Of a stretch of 52,598 nt of DNA, positions 20,500 through 31,250 are shown piece after piece (the first letter of the stretch is position 1; every line of letters starts with the position of its first letter). The position numbers and the translations under genes were made by a program. Origin of the DNA: an uncultured Streptococcus sp. (GTDB lineage Bacteria > Bacillota > Bacilli > Lactobacillales > Streptococcaceae); the NCBI GenBank assembly GCA_963555095.1, contig CAUVUZ010000001.1:1-52598 (forward strand), written 5' to 3'. Under the pieces are notes generated by a model. It ran no database searches. It saw only the letters and a program-made list of their open reading frames with translations, and was not told where the DNA came from.

Positions 20500-21084
20500 A
20501 TGTCTCAAATCGAAAGAATCAAGCAAGCCATTATGGCGGATCCGCAGAATGCCAGCTATACAGAACGTGGAATCGAACCTCTCTTTGCGGCGCCAAAAAC
20601 TGCTCGTATCAATATTGTCGGTCAAGCTCCGGGGTTTAAAACGCAAGAAGCTGGGATTTATTGGAAGGATAAGAGTGGTGATCGTCTGCGTAAGTGGCTA
20701 GGTGTGGATGAAGATACCTTTTACAATTCGGGCTTGTTTGCAGTTATTCCCATGGACTTTTATTTCCCAGGACATGGAAAATCGGGCGACCTTCCCCCCC
20801 GTAGAGGCTTTGCCGAAAAATGGCACCCACAACTCCTCAAGGAATGTCCAAATATTGAATTGACCCTTTTGATTGGACAATATGCTCAGGCCTATTATCT
20901 TCATGAGAAGGTTAGTGGCAAGGTAACAGAGCGAGTAAAACATTACAAAGATTATTTGCCAACCTATTTTCCACTAGTGCACCCGTCACCACGAAATCAA
21001 ATCTGGATGGCCAAAAATCCTTGGTTTGAGTCAGAAGTGGTGCCAGAATTGCAAGCATTGGTACAAAAGATTATTCATCAATAA
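20500..21084 (+). CDS. Uracil-DNA glycosylase-like protein
   Basis: VGQAPG, SGDRLR, HPSPRN motifs; start ATG 20500 after GGAGG. Confidence 0.88.
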   Translation: MSQIERIKQAIMADPQNASYTERGIEPLFAAPKTARINIVGQAPGFKTQEAGIYWKDKSGDRLRKWLGVDEDTFYNSGLFAVIPMDFYFPGHGKSGDLPPRRGFAEKWHPQLLKECPNIELTLLIGQYAQAYYLHEKVSGKVTERVKHYKDYLPTYFPLVHPSPRNQIWMAKNPWFESEVVPELQALVQKIIHQ

Positions 21085-21096
21085 AGGAGAAAAACT

Positions 21097-21588
21097 ATGG
21101 ATGCTTATCAACAAGTGGCTAATAAGTTGCAAGAGTTGGGGATCGCCTATGATGTGGTGGAGCATCCACCTGCATTTACGACAGAGCAGGCGGATAGCTA
21201 TATTGAAGGCCTAGAAGGAGTTCGAACCAAGTCCATGTTTTTGACCAACAAAAAGAAAACCCAATACTATCTGCTCGTCATGGATGACCATAAATCATTG
21301 GATATGGATGACTTTAAAGAACAAGTGGGAGCCAATCGGATTCGCATGGCCCCATTGGACTCCTTGGCTGAGAAAATGAACCTACCAGCAGGAACAGTAT
21401 CACCTTTTGGTTTGTTAAATAATGATGAAAAAGACATTCTAGTTTATTTTGATAAGGACATTGTATCGGAGGATATCATGACTTTCCATCCCAATACTAA
21501 TGAAAAGACCATCTTTATTAAAACCCAAGACTTGTTCCGATTTTTAGAGTCGATTGGATTTACCTATGAGTTTTTAACTTTGCCTTAA
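21097..21588 (+). CDS. YbaK/ProX-type aminoacyl-tRNA editing protein
   Basis: VEHPPAFT, TKSMFL, GTVSPFGLLN, FHPNTN. Confidence 0.88.
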   Translation: MDAYQQVANKLQELGIAYDVVEHPPAFTTEQADSYIEGLEGVRTKSMFLTNKKKTQYYLLVMDDHKSLDMDDFKEQVGANRIRMAPLDSLAEKMNLPAGTVSPFGLLNNDEKDILVYFDKDIVSEDIMTFHPNTNEKTIFIKTQDLFRFLESIGFTYEFLTLP

Positions 21589-21609
21589 AGGCATCAAAAA
21601 GGAGAAATC

Positions 21610-21897
21610 ATGAAATAAATTGTTTTTGACAAATTTTACCAACTTTACCAGAAAGAGCCACTTTCTGTATTGGATGTGAGGGAAGTAGATGAATTTGAAG
21701 CTCTTCATTTAGAAGGTGCTCAGAATTTCCCTCTCAGTCAACTAGCGGATACTTATGATCAGTTGGACAAGGACCATTTGCATTATGTCATCTGTAAGTC
21801 GGGCATTCGTTCAGCTCGTGCTTGCCAATTCTTAGAGGAACATGGATACAAGACCATTAATGTCCAAGGCGGAATGACGGCCTTTGAAAATCTTTAA
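21610..21897 (+). pseudogene. Rhodanese-like protein with nonsense codon at codon 3
   Basis: AAGGAG RBS, ATG AAA TAA(21616-21618), then in-frame IVFDKFYQLYQKEPLSVLDVRE...ICKSGIRS...GGM. Confidence 0.8.
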
Positions 21898-22081
21898 ACC
21901 TATATGGCGATAGATCCTAATCTTCCCTTGCTCGGTTCCAACTGAGTGAGGGATTTTGTTTTTAGATAATTCTTATTTTTAAAAATATTGAAAACATTCA
22001 ATGATTAATTTTGGATACTTTTTTCAGAGTCTTAATCATGGTATACTAGGTCAGTATTTTAGAAATATGAAGGAGATTATT

Positions 22082-23407
22082 ATGGCTAAAAAAGGTGCCC
22101 TAACAGGCTTGCTCCTGTTTGGAATATTTTTTGGTGCGGGGAACTTGATCTTTCCGCCTTCTCTAGGTGCCCTATCTGGAGAACAGTTTCTTCCTGCTAT
22201 CGCAGGTTTTGTCTTTTCAGGTGTCGGTATTGCCGTCTTGACACTTATTATTGGAACGCTAAACCCGAAAGGATACATTCACGAGATTTCTAAGAAAATC
22301 TCACCTTGGTTTGCGACGCTTTATCTTGTAGTCCTCTATCTATCAATTGGCCCCTTCTTTGCCATTCCGCGTACAGCAACAACAGCTTACGAAGTTGGGA
22401 TTAGTCCCCTCTTGTCTGAAGCAAATAAAGGCCTAGGATTGATTATCTTTACTGTGTTGTATTTTGCAGCAGCCTATCTGATTTCACTCAATCCATCAAA
22501 GATTTTGGATCGAATTGGACGTGTTTTAACGCCAGTCTTTGCCTTATTGATCGTTATCTTGGTTGTACTAGGTGCCTTCAAATATGGTGGAACAAGCCCT
22601 CAAGCGGCTTCAGCTGCTTATCAAGCTTCTGCCTTTGGTACAGGATTCCTAGAAGGTTATAACACCTTAGATGCCCTTGCCTCAGTGGCCTTCAGCGTAA
22701 TCGCTGTTCAAACCTTGAAACAACTTGGATTCTCCAGTAAGAAAGAATACATTTCAACTATTTGGGTGGTTGGTATCGTTGTAGCTCTTGCCTTTAGCGC
22801 TCTTTACATTGGTTTAGGTTTCCTTGGAAATCATTTCCCAGTACCAGCAGAAGCCATGAAGGGTGGAACACCAGGTGTTTACATCTTGTCGCAAGCAACT
22901 CAGGAAATCTTTGGTTCAACAGCTCAACTTTTCCTTGCTGTTATGGTAACTGTAACTTGCTTCACAACGACAGTTGGATTGATTGTGTCGACAGCAGAGT
23001 TCTTTAACGGACGTTTCCCACAAATCAGCTACAAGGTCTATGCCACTGCCTTTACCTTGATTGGATTTGCTATTGCCAACCTTGGTCTTGATGCAATCAT
23101 CAAGTACTCAGTGCCAGTACTGGTAATCTTGTACCCAATCACCATCGCCATTGTGATGATCGTGATTGTTAATAAGTTTGTTGCCCTATCAAAACCGGGT
23201 ATGCAGTTGACAATAGGAGTAGTTACAGCAATCGCTCTTGCAAGTGTTCTTGGAAGTTCCTTTAAGATTGAGTTTCTAGCAAATCTCGTCAATGCTCTTC
23301 CGTTTGCAGCTGCCTCTCTACCATGGTTAGTGCCAGCTATTATCGGAATCTTGCTTTCCTTGGTTCTACCAAACAAACAAGAGAGTGATGCTTTTGAGAT
23401 GGAATAA
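22082..23407 (+). CDS. brnQ: Branched-chain amino acid carrier
   Basis: FFGAGNLIFPP, GPFFAIPRTA, GYNTLDALA; start ATG 22082. Confidence 0.95.
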   Translation: MAKKGALTGLLLFGIFFGAGNLIFPPSLGALSGEQFLPAIAGFVFSGVGIAVLTLIIGTLNPKGYIHEISKKISPWFATLYLVVLYLSIGPFFAIPRTATTAYEVGISPLLSEANKGLGLIIFTVLYFAAAYLISLNPSKILDRIGRVLTPVFALLIVILVVLGAFKYGGTSPQAASAAYQASAFGTGFLEGYNTLDALASVAFSVIAVQTLKQLGFSSKKEYISTIWVVGIVVALAFSALYIGLGFLGNHFPVPAEAMKGGTPGVYILSQATQEIFGSTAQLFLAVMVTVTCFTTTVGLIVSTAEFFNGRFPQISYKVYATAFTLIGFAIANLGLDAIIKYSVPVLVILYPITIAIVMIVIVNKFVALSKPGMQLTIGVVTAIALASVLGSSFKIEFLANLVNALPFAAASLPWLVPAIIGILLSLVLPNKQESDAFEME

Positions 23408-23436
23408 AAAAATCCTTGGCTTGGGCCAAGGATTTT
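23407..23436. terminator. Bidirectional terminator
   Basis: aaaaatccttggc-ttgg-gccaaggattttt between convergent genes. Confidence 0.85.
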
Positions 23437-23458
23437 TGCCTATATTCACTTTGGAGGA

Positions 23459-24010
23459 TTAGTTAGTTTCTTCAATGAATCCCATTTTCTCTAGTGCTTT
23501 TTTAGAGTTTGAAAAACTGACACGATTGCCGATACCTGAATATTCTTCAGGGAGTGCTCTTCTAAGTTCGCCAATGCTTGCAACTGAGAAATCAACTTCA
23601 AGATCTTGAACAACTTTTCCGTCCTTGATTTCAAGGGTATGTTTAACGCCTTTGAGTCCATTGTAACCTTTGTACTTTTCTTCGATAAAACTCTTGACAT
23701 CTTCTGGAGTTGCGTTAAGAATCTCAGGATCTGCAACATTGTGAGCGGTTTGCTTGGTAACATTGTCACCTTCTACAGTATAAACCAAGGTAGAAGTGAT
23801 TCCAGGATTGCTTTTGTTGACAAAAGTATGTGTCTTGGCTGTTTCTTTCTTCTCAGATGATTGTTCAGTGCTTTTCTTGGTTTCGCTTGACTGAGCAGTT
23901 TTATCTTCCTTGGCACTGTTACTAGTAGGTGTTGATGCTTGTTTAGAGCATCCCATTAGGATGAGCAAAGCAGCCGCAAAGGCAAGTGAGGTTTTGAAGT
24001 AAGATTTCAT
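23459..24010 (-). CDS. Lipoprotein, DUF1307/YehR-like
   Basis: Lipobox LMGC; YKGYNGLKGV and C-terminal KKALEKMGF pattern. Confidence 0.75.
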   Translation of the reverse strand: MKSYFKTSLAFAAALLILMGCSKQASTPTSNSAKEDKTAQSSETKKSTEQSSEKKETAKTHTFVNKSNPGITSTLVYTVEGDNVTKQTAHNVADPEILNATPEDVKSFIEEKYKGYNGLKGVKHTLEIKDGKVVQDLEVDFSVASIGELRRALPEEYSGIGNRVSFSNSKKALEKMGFIEETN

Positions 24011-24146
24011 ATCCTTTACTTTTCTTTCATAATCAAAGTATTTGTATTATAACATGGAACCATAGTGAAATCAACTAGAAGGATGAGACTCTTTTCAGAA
24101 GGGTTCCAGCTAGAAAAGTGATATAATGGTAGGAAGAGGTGAAGAA

Positions 24147-25184
24147 ATGAATCAAACTGTAAACTATATCAAAGAATTAACCGCTATTGCATCTCCGACG
24201 GGTTTTACTCGTGAGATTTCAGACTATCTAGTCCATACTTTAGAGAAACTTGGCTACCAGCCAGTTCGTACAGCCAAGGGCGGTGTCAATGTGACCATTA
24301 AAGGTCAAAATGATGACCAACAGCGCTATGTGACTGCCCATGTGGATACGCTGGGTGCTATTGTCCGTGCTGTCAAACCAGATGGTCGTCTCAAATTGGA
24401 CCGTATCGGTGGTTTTCCTTGGAACATGATTGAAGGTGAGAACTGTACGGTTCATGTGGCTAGCACAGGTAAAAAGGTATCTGGAACCATCCTCATCCAC
24501 CAGACTTCTTGCCATGTCTACAAAGATGCTGGAACTGCTGAACGCACTCAGGACAATATGGAAGTGCGTTTAGATGAAAAAGTGACCAATGAAAAAGAAA
24601 CGCGTGCCTTGGGTATTGAGGTCGGTGACTTTATTAGTTTCGATCCGCGAACAGTTGTGACGGAAACTGGTTTTATCAAGTCTCGCCACTTGGATGATAA
24701 GGTCAGCGCAGCAATTTTGCTCAATCTCCTTCGAGTTTATAAAGAAGAGAAGATTGACTTGCCAGTAACAACCCATTTTGCTTTTTCAGTCTTTGAAGAA
24801 GTGGGACACGGTGCTAACTCCAATATTCCTGGTCAGGTAGTAGAATATCTAGCTGTGGACATGGGTGCAATGGGAGATGACCAACAGACAGATGAGTACA
24901 CAGTATCTATCTGTGTCAAGGATGCTTCAGGTCCTTATCACTATGACTTCCGTCAACACTTAGTAGCTTTGGCGAAAGAGCAAGATATTCCATTTAAGCT
25001 CGACATTTATCCATTTTACGGTTCGGATGCTTCAGCAGCTATGTCAGCAGGAGCAGAGGTTAAGCATGCCCTCCTGGGAGCTGGTATTGAATCCAGTCAC
25101 TCTTACGAACGAACACACATTGATTCGGTCATGGCGACTGAGCGTATGGTAGACGCCTATCTCAAGAGTGACTTGGTAGACTAA
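24147..25184 (+). CDS. M42 family aminopeptidase
   Basis: SPTG, TAHVDTLG, SRHLDDK, FEEVG, SHSYER. Confidence 0.92.
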   Translation: MNQTVNYIKELTAIASPTGFTREISDYLVHTLEKLGYQPVRTAKGGVNVTIKGQNDDQQRYVTAHVDTLGAIVRAVKPDGRLKLDRIGGFPWNMIEGENCTVHVASTGKKVSGTILIHQTSCHVYKDAGTAERTQDNMEVRLDEKVTNEKETRALGIEVGDFISFDPRTVVTETGFIKSRHLDDKVSAAILLNLLRVYKEEKIDLPVTTHFAFSVFEEVGHGANSNIPGQVVEYLAVDMGAMGDDQQTDEYTVSICVKDASGPYHYDFRQHLVALAKEQDIPFKLDIYPFYGSDASAAMSAGAEVKHALLGAGIESSHSYERTHIDSVMATERMVDAYLKSDLVD

Positions 25185-25185
25185 T

Positions 25186-25647
25186 ATGTGCTTGATTTGT
25201 CAAAGAATTGAATGGATCAAGGCAGGGGAAAATCCCTACTTTGTAAAAGAACTAGAAACAGGCTATGTTGTTATTGGAGACCACCAATACTTTAAGGGCT
25301 ATACCTTGTTTTTAGCAAAAGAGCATGTCACAGAACTTCACCATATGGAGACTTCTGAAAAACTGCGTTTTTTAGAGGAAATGAGTTTGGTCCAAGAAGC
25401 AGTCGCCAAAGTGTTTAAAGCTGAAAAGATGAACATCGAACTTCTAGGAAATGGAGATGCCCACGCTCATTGGCATCTGTTTCCGCGAAGAGCAGGTGAT
25501 ATGAAAGGTTACGGACTTAATGGCCGTGGCCCAGTCTGGTGGGTGCCCTGGGAAGAAATGGCAGCAGAAGATTGCCAAGTACAATCACCAGAGCTGAAAG
25601 AGATGATTAAAACCTTATCTCATGAATTGGAGAAATGCTTGGCCTAA
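25186..25647 (+). CDS. HIT family hydrolase
   Basis: HAHWHLFPR histidine triad; N-terminal CxxC. Confidence 0.9.
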   Translation: MCLICQRIEWIKAGENPYFVKELETGYVVIGDHQYFKGYTLFLAKEHVTELHHMETSEKLRFLEEMSLVQEAVAKVFKAEKMNIELLGNGDAHAHWHLFPRRAGDMKGYGLNGRGPVWWVPWEEMAAEDCQVQSPELKEMIKTLSHELEKCLA

Positions 25648-25662
25648 GAGAGGAAGAAAGAA

Positions 25663-26379
25663 ATGAAAAAAAGATATGTCATTTTATCTGGTTTATTAGC
25701 GTTGACCCTTGCAGCTTGTTCGCAAGAAAAACCGAAAGTTGAAGAAAATACTTCAAAAATAGAACAAAGTACCAAGGAAGAAGGAACTGTGGGTAGCAAA
25801 TCCCAAACTTCTAGCCAGAAGAAGGCAGAAGTTAGCAATAAAGGAAGTTATTATAGTATCCAAGGAAAATACGATGAGATCGTCATAGCTAATAAACGCT
25901 ATCCTTTGTCAAAAGACTACAATCCAGGAGAAAATCCAACAGCCAAGGCAGAGTTGCTCAAACTAATCGCAGCCATGCAGGCTGAGGGCTATCCAATCAG
26001 TGATCACTACAGTGGTTTTAGAAGTTATGAAACTCAGGCTAAGCTCTACCAAGACTATGTCAATCAAGACGGGAAGGAAGCAGCAGATCGCTACTCATCC
26101 CGCCCAGGTTACAGTGAACACCAGACGGGTCTTGCTTTTGACCTTATTGGTACAGATGGTGATTTAGTTACTGAAGAAAAAGCAGCCCAGTGGCTCTTGG
26201 ACCATGCGGCTGACTATGGCTTTGTTGTTCGCTATCTCAAAGGCAAGGAAAAAGAGACAGGTTACATGACAGAAGAATGGCATCTCCGCTACGTTGGAAA
26301 AGAAGCCAAAGAAATTGCTGCAAGTGGTCTCAGTTTGGAAGAGTATTATGGCTTTGAAGGCGGAGATTACGTCGATTAA
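25663..26379 (+). CDS. ldcB: L,D-carboxypeptidase lipoprotein LdcB/DacB (M15B)
   Basis: Lipobox LAAC; SGFRSY, SEHQTGLAFD, EEWHLRYVG. Confidence 0.92.
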   Translation: MKKRYVILSGLLALTLAACSQEKPKVEENTSKIEQSTKEEGTVGSKSQTSSQKKAEVSNKGSYYSIQGKYDEIVIANKRYPLSKDYNPGENPTAKAELLKLIAAMQAEGYPISDHYSGFRSYETQAKLYQDYVNQDGKEAADRYSSRPGYSEHQTGLAFDLIGTDGDLVTEEKAAQWLLDHAADYGFVVRYLKGKEKETGYMTEEWHLRYVGKEAKEIAASGLSLEEYYGFEGGDYVD

Positions 26380-26448
26380 AAATGAAAGTTTTCTCTTGCA
26401 TTTTTAGATAAATAGTGTATAATGGAAAGGTATGTGTAAAGCATACTT

Positions 26449-26485
26449 GTGGGAGGTAAAAATCTTACATTACCGCCAAAACCAC
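26449..26485 (+). promoter_or_regulatory. Ribosomal protein L1-binding leader upstream of rplK
   Basis: gtgggag...gccaaaaccac motif with internal stem. Confidence 0.7.
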
Positions 26486-26501
26486 AAAGGAGGATTTAAA
26501 A

Positions 26502-26927
26502 ATGGCTAAAAAAGTCGAAAAACTTGTAAAATTGCAAATCCCTGCTGGTAAAGCTACTCCAGCTCCACCAGTTGGTCCTGCGCTTGGTCAAGCCGGTATC
26601 AACATCATGGGATTCACTAAAGAGTTCAACGCTCGTACAGCTGATCAAGCTGGTATGATCATTCCAGTTGTTATCTCAGTTTACGAAGATAAATCATTTA
26701 CTTTCATCACTAAAACACCACCAGCTGCTGTTCTTTTGAAAAAAGCTGCAGGTGTTGAAAAAGGATCAGGTACACCTAACAAAACTAAAGTTGCTACAGT
26801 TACTCGTGCACAAGTACAAGAAATTGCAGAAACTAAGATGCCAGATTTGAACGCAGCAAACATTGAGTCTGCAATGCGTATGATCGAAGGTACTGCTCGT
26901 TCTATGGGATTCACCGTTGTTGACTAA
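26502..26927 (+). CDS. rplK: 50S ribosomal protein L11
   Basis: [17 protein letters not shown]. Confidence 0.99.
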   Translation: MAKKVEKLVKLQIPAGKATPAPPVGPALGQAGINIMGFTKEFNARTADQAGMIIPVVISVYEDKSFTFITKTPPAAVLLKKAAGVEKGSGTPNKTKVATVTRAQVQEIAETKMPDLNAANIESAMRMIEGTARSMGFTVVD

Positions 26928-26978
26928 TCAATAACATCCCTATATAACCCGCAAGACTTCATCATTTCGAGAAGTGAC

Positions 26979-27005
26979 GTGGGAGATGAAAATCGATTGA
27001 ACCAC
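26979..27005 (+). promoter_or_regulatory. Second L1-binding site upstream of rplA
   Basis: gtgggagatgaaaatcgattgaaccac. Confidence 0.6.
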
Positions 27006-27023
27006 TTACAAGGAGAATAGAAA

Positions 27024-27713
27024 ATGGCTAAAAAAAGCAAACAACTTCGTGCTGCTCTTGAAAAAATCGACAGCACAAAAGCATACAGCGTAGAAGAAGC
27101 TGTAGCTCTTGCAAAAGAAACTAACTTTGCAAAATTTGATGCAACTGTAGAAGTTGCTTACAACTTGAACATCGACGTTAAAAAAGCTGACCAACAAATC
27201 CGTGGAGCAATGGTATTGCCAAACGGTACTGGTAAAACATCACGCGTTCTTGTTTTCGCACGTGGTGCAAAAGCTGAAGAAGCAAAAGCTGCTGGTGCAG
27301 ACTTCGTTGGTGAAGATGACCTTGTTGCTAAAATCAACGACGGTTGGTTGGACTTCGACGTAGTTATCGCTACACCTGACATGATGGCTCTTGTTGGACG
27401 TCTTGGACGTGTCCTTGGACCACGTAACTTGATGCCAAACCCTAAAACTGGTACTGTAACAATGGATGTTGCTAAAGCAGTTGAAGAGTCTAAAGGTGGT
27501 AAAATCACTTACCGTGCAGACCGTGCAGGTATCGTACAAGCTATCATCGGTAAAGTTTCATTTGAAGCTGACAAGTTGGTTGAAAACTTCAAAGCGTTCA
27601 ACGAAACAATCCAAAAAGCTAAACCAGCTACTGCTAAAGGAACTTACGTAACAAGCTTGACAATCACAACTACTCAAGGTGTTGGTATCAAGGTTGATGT
27701 GAACTCACTTTAA
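27024..27713 (+). CDS. rplA: 50S ribosomal protein L1
   Basis: [15 protein letters not shown]. Confidence 0.99.
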   Translation: MAKKSKQLRAALEKIDSTKAYSVEEAVALAKETNFAKFDATVEVAYNLNIDVKKADQQIRGAMVLPNGTGKTSRVLVFARGAKAEEAKAAGADFVGEDDLVAKINDGWLDFDVVIATPDMMALVGRLGRVLGPRNLMPNPKTGTVTMDVAKAVEESKGGKITYRADRAGIVQAIIGKVSFEADKLVENFKAFNETIQKAKPATAKGTYVTSLTITTTQGVGIKVDVNSL

Positions 27714-27887
27714 TCAATAAATTTATAAAAAACGAGTACAAAAGTGCTCGTTTTTTTGATGATATTTTCATTCTAGAAAAATGAGTTCATTTATTTCCTG
27801 ATGGATCAAGGAAAAGTGCTTTCCTCTTCTTCTTTCACAGAAAATATGGTATAATAGAGAGTAAAAAACTTTGAAAGAAAGAAAAAG

Positions 27888-28400
27888 ATGAATTTAAAAG
27901 ATTATATCGCGACGATTGAAAATTATCCCAAGGAAGGTATCACCTTCCGTGATATCAGCCCATTGATGGCAGATGGCAATGCTTATAGCTATGCTGTTCG
28001 TGAAATCGTTCAGTATGCAACGGACAAGAAGATTGACATGATCGTGGGACCAGAGGCCCGTGGATTTATTGTCGGCTGTCCAGTTGCCTTTGAGTTGGGA
28101 ATTGGCTTTGCTCCTGTTCGTAAACCAGGGAAATTACCACGTGAAGTGATTTCTGCTGACTATGAAAAAGAGTATGGTATTGATACCTTGACCATGCACG
28201 CTGATGCGATCAAACCAGGTCAACGCGTTCTCATTGTAGATGACCTCTTGGCAACAGGTGGAACTGTCAAGGCAACCATTGAAATGATCGAAAGACTTGG
28301 TGGAGTTGTAGCAGGTTGTGCTTTCTTGATTGAACTTGATGAACTTAAAGGCCGCGAAAAAATCGGTGATTACGATTACAAGGTACTTATGCATTATTAA
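27888..28400 (+). CDS. apt: Adenine phosphoribosyltransferase
   Basis: [25 protein letters not shown]. Confidence 0.97.
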   Translation: MNLKDYIATIENYPKEGITFRDISPLMADGNAYSYAVREIVQYATDKKIDMIVGPEARGFIVGCPVAFELGIGFAPVRKPGKLPREVISADYEKEYGIDTLTMHADAIKPGQRVLIVDDLLATGGTVKATIEMIERLGGVVAGCAFLIELDELKGREKIGDYDYKVLMHY

Positions 28401-28438
28401 TGAAAAACAGTCCTTGGGGCTGTTTTCTCTTCATCTGC

Positions 28439-28489
28439 TATATAAACAAACTATAGCTAGTTAGAGAAAAACTATAATTGAAAACTATA
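28439..28489. promoter_or_regulatory. MetR/MtaR-type LysR boxes upstream of metA
   Basis: TATAATTGAAAACTATA (28473-28489) and TATATAAACAAACTATA (28439-28455) versus consensus TATAGTT-N3-AACTATA. Confidence 0.65.
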
Positions 28490-28586
28490 TCTTCATACAG
28501 TATAATAAAAGGAAGAGAAGTTTGAAAGATTGTGCTTTCAAGCAGATAAAGCCATTCCCGAAATAGATGACTGTTAGGAGGGTATT

Positions 28587-29531
28587 ATGCCGATTCGGAT
28601 TGAAAAAAAATTACCTGCTGTTGAGATTCTAAGGACAGAAAATATCTTTGTCATGGACGATCAACGGGCTGCTCACCAAGATATTCGACCTCTGAAGATT
28701 TTGATTCTAAATCTGATGCCCCAAAAGATTGTGACAGAAACACAACTCTTGCGGCATTTGGCCAATACGCCCCTACAGTTAGATATTGATTTCTTGTATA
28801 TGGAGACGCATCGTTCAAAAACGACCCGTGCCGAACATATGGAAACCTTCTATAAGACCTTCCCAGAGGTCAAGGATGACTTTTTTGATGGGATGATCAT
28901 CACAGGAGCACCTGTGGAGCACTTGCCTTTTGAGGAGGTGGACTACTGGGAGGAGTTTAAACAGGTCATCGAATGGTCCAAGACGCATGTTTTTTCTACC
29001 CTACATATCTGCTGGGGTGCCCAAGCAGGTCTTTATGCTCGCTATGGAGTTGATAAACACCAGATGGAGCAGAAATTGTCAGGCATTTACCCGCAGGATA
29101 CCTTGAAAGAGGGCCATCTTCTCTTTCGTGGTTTTGATGATAGCTATGTAGCTCCCCATTCTCGTTATACAGAAATCTATAAGGAAGAGATATTAGGAAA
29201 AACCAATCTGGAAATCCTCTCTGAGGGAGAACAAGTCGGCGTTTCTATTTTAGCCAGTCGGGATCTTCGTGAGATTTATAGTTTTGGTCATTTAGAATAT
29301 GACCGTGATACTCTAGCAAAAGAGTATTTTCGTGATTGTGAGGCAGGACTTAATCCTCACATTCCAGAAAATTACTTCAAAAATGATGATGTGAATGAGA
29401 AACCGTGTCTTTGTTGGTCTTCATCAGCTGCCCTCTTTTTCAGTAATTGGGTTAACTATGCTGTTTATCAGGAAACCCCCTTTGACTGGAAAAAGGTAGA
29501 GGATGACGCAGCTTCATTTGGATATTTATAA
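28587..29531 (+). CDS. metA: Homoserine O-acetyl/succinyltransferase
   Basis: [27 protein letters not shown]. Confidence 0.95.
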   Translation: MPIRIEKKLPAVEILRTENIFVMDDQRAAHQDIRPLKILILNLMPQKIVTETQLLRHLANTPLQLDIDFLYMETHRSKTTRAEHMETFYKTFPEVKDDFFDGMIITGAPVEHLPFEEVDYWEEFKQVIEWSKTHVFSTLHICWGAQAGLYARYGVDKHQMEQKLSGIYPQDTLKEGHLLFRGFDDSYVAPHSRYTEIYKEEILGKTNLEILSEGEQVGVSILASRDLREIYSFGHLEYDRDTLAKEYFRDCEAGLNPHIPENYFKNDDVNEKPCLCWSSSAALFFSNWVNYAVYQETPFDWKKVEDDAASFGYL

Positions 29532-29539
29532 GAGGAATT

Positions 29540-30217
29540 ATGACATATTTTGACGCTTTTAAATCAGGGAACTTGGTTTTGCCAAGTGCCCTGCTCTTGC
29601 ATTTTAAGGAACTCTTTCCTTCTAGTGATGATTTTCTCGTCTGGCAATTTTTTTATCTGCAAAATACATCTGCTTTGGATGAGCTATCGCCAAGCCAAAT
29701 TGCAGAAACTATTGGAAAAGGACTTGCAGATGTCAACCAATCCATTTCAAACTTGACTGAAAATGGGCTACTACAATATCGAACGATTGAACTAAATGGG
29801 GAAATTGAGCTTATTTTTGATGCTAGTTTGGCCTTTGAACGCTTGGATAACTTGTTGGACAGTCAGACTCCAGCTGCAACTACCCCAAATCCACAAAATC
29901 AATTGAAGGATCTGGTTGAGACTTTTCAGCAGGAATTGGGACGCTTGCTAACGCCATTTGAAATCGAGGATCTTTCCAAGACTGTCAAAGAAGATGGAGT
30001 TAAGGCGGATTTGATCAAAGAAGCTCTTCGAGAAGCCGTTCTAAATGGCAAACCAAACTGGAAATATATTCAGGCAATCTTACGAAACTGGCGCCATGAA
30101 GGTATTCAATCTGTGACTCAGGTAGAGGCCAAACGAGCAGAGCGAGAAGCGAACAATCCTAAACAAGTTCAGGCTTCGGCTGATTTTCTTGATGCCATGA
30201 ATTTGTGGCAAGAGTAG
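29540..30217 (+). CDS. dnaD: Primosomal protein DnaD
   Basis: GRLLTPFEIE, KYIQAILRNW (YxxxIxxxW). Confidence 0.92.
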   Translation: MTYFDAFKSGNLVLPSALLLHFKELFPSSDDFLVWQFFYLQNTSALDELSPSQIAETIGKGLADVNQSISNLTENGLLQYRTIELNGEIELIFDASLAFERLDNLLDSQTPAATTPNPQNQLKDLVETFQQELGRLLTPFEIEDLSKTVKEDGVKADLIKEALREAVLNGKPNWKYIQAILRNWRHEGIQSVTQVEAKRAEREANNPKQVQASADFLDAMNLWQE

Positions 30218-30313
30218 CCGCTTGAAAAATCTTGTAAATTAGAGTAAGATTTGCAAGCTCCTTATAAATATGATAAAATAATAGAAAATAAAATGAAAAA
30301 AGAGGTATGTGAA

Positions 30314-31072
30314 ATGTCACGTAAACCATTTATCGCTGGTAACTGGAAAATGAACAAAAATCCAGAAGAAGCAAAAGCATTCGTTGAAGCCGTTGCCTCA
30401 AAACTTCCTTCATCAGACCTTGTTGAAGCAGGTATCGCAGCTCCAGCTCTTGATTTGACAGCTGTTCTTGCTGCTGCTAAAGGTTCAAACCTTAAAGTTG
30501 CTGCTCAAAACTGCTACTTTGAAAATGCAGGTGCTTTCACTGGTGAAACAAGCCCACAAGTTTTGAAAGAAATCGGTACTGACTACGTTGTTATCGGTCA
30601 CTCAGAACGCCGTGACTACTTCCATGAAACTGACGAAGATATCAACAAAAAAGCAAAAGCAATCTTTGCAAACGGTATGCTTCCAATCATCTGTTGTGGT
30701 GAGTCACTTGAAACTTACGAAGCTGGTAAAGCTGCTGAATTCGTAGGTGCACAAGTATCTGCTGCATTGGCTGGATTGACAGCTGAACAAGTTGCTGCAT
30801 CAGTTATCGCTTATGAGCCAATCTGGGCAATCGGTACTGGTAAATCAGCTTCACAAGACGACGCACAAAAAATGTGTAAAGTAGTTCGTGACGTTGTAGC
30901 GGCTGACTTTGGTCAAGAAGTTGCGGACAAAGTTCGTGTTCAATACGGTGGTTCTGTTAAACCTGAAAACGTTGCTTCATACATGGCTTGCCCAGACGTT
31001 GACGGTGCCCTTGTTGGTGGTGCGTCACTTGAAGCTGAAAGCTTCTTGGCATTGCTTGATTTTGTAAAATAA
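30314..31072 (+). CDS. tpiA: Triosephosphate isomerase
   Basis: [24 protein letters not shown]; start ATG 30314. Confidence 0.99.
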   Translation: MSRKPFIAGNWKMNKNPEEAKAFVEAVASKLPSSDLVEAGIAAPALDLTAVLAAAKGSNLKVAAQNCYFENAGAFTGETSPQVLKEIGTDYVVIGHSERRDYFHETDEDINKKAKAIFANGMLPIICCGESLETYEAGKAAEFVGAQVSAALAGLTAEQVAASVIAYEPIWAIGTGKSASQDDAQKMCKVVRDVVAADFGQEVADKVRVQYGGSVKPENVASYMACPDVDGALVGGASLEAESFLALLDFVK

Positions 31073-31085
31073 TCTAACTTATTCC

Positions 31086-31135
31086 AGACAGACAGTCAAA
31101 AGTACCAGATGACTTTGACTGCCTGTCTTGTTTTT
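31086..31135 (+). terminator. Terminator-like hairpin after tpiA
   Basis: agacagacagtcaaaagt...actttgactgcctgtct followed by a T-run. Confidence 0.7.
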
Positions 31136-31250
31136 ACTTGGAGTATTCTTGTGAAAGAGGAATTTTTCCGACTAGGAAAGTTCCTTAGGGAAGGAAAGGC
31201 GTGCAGATGTGCGCTCTTTTCTGTATCAAAAGGTTATGAAAGGGGGAGTT

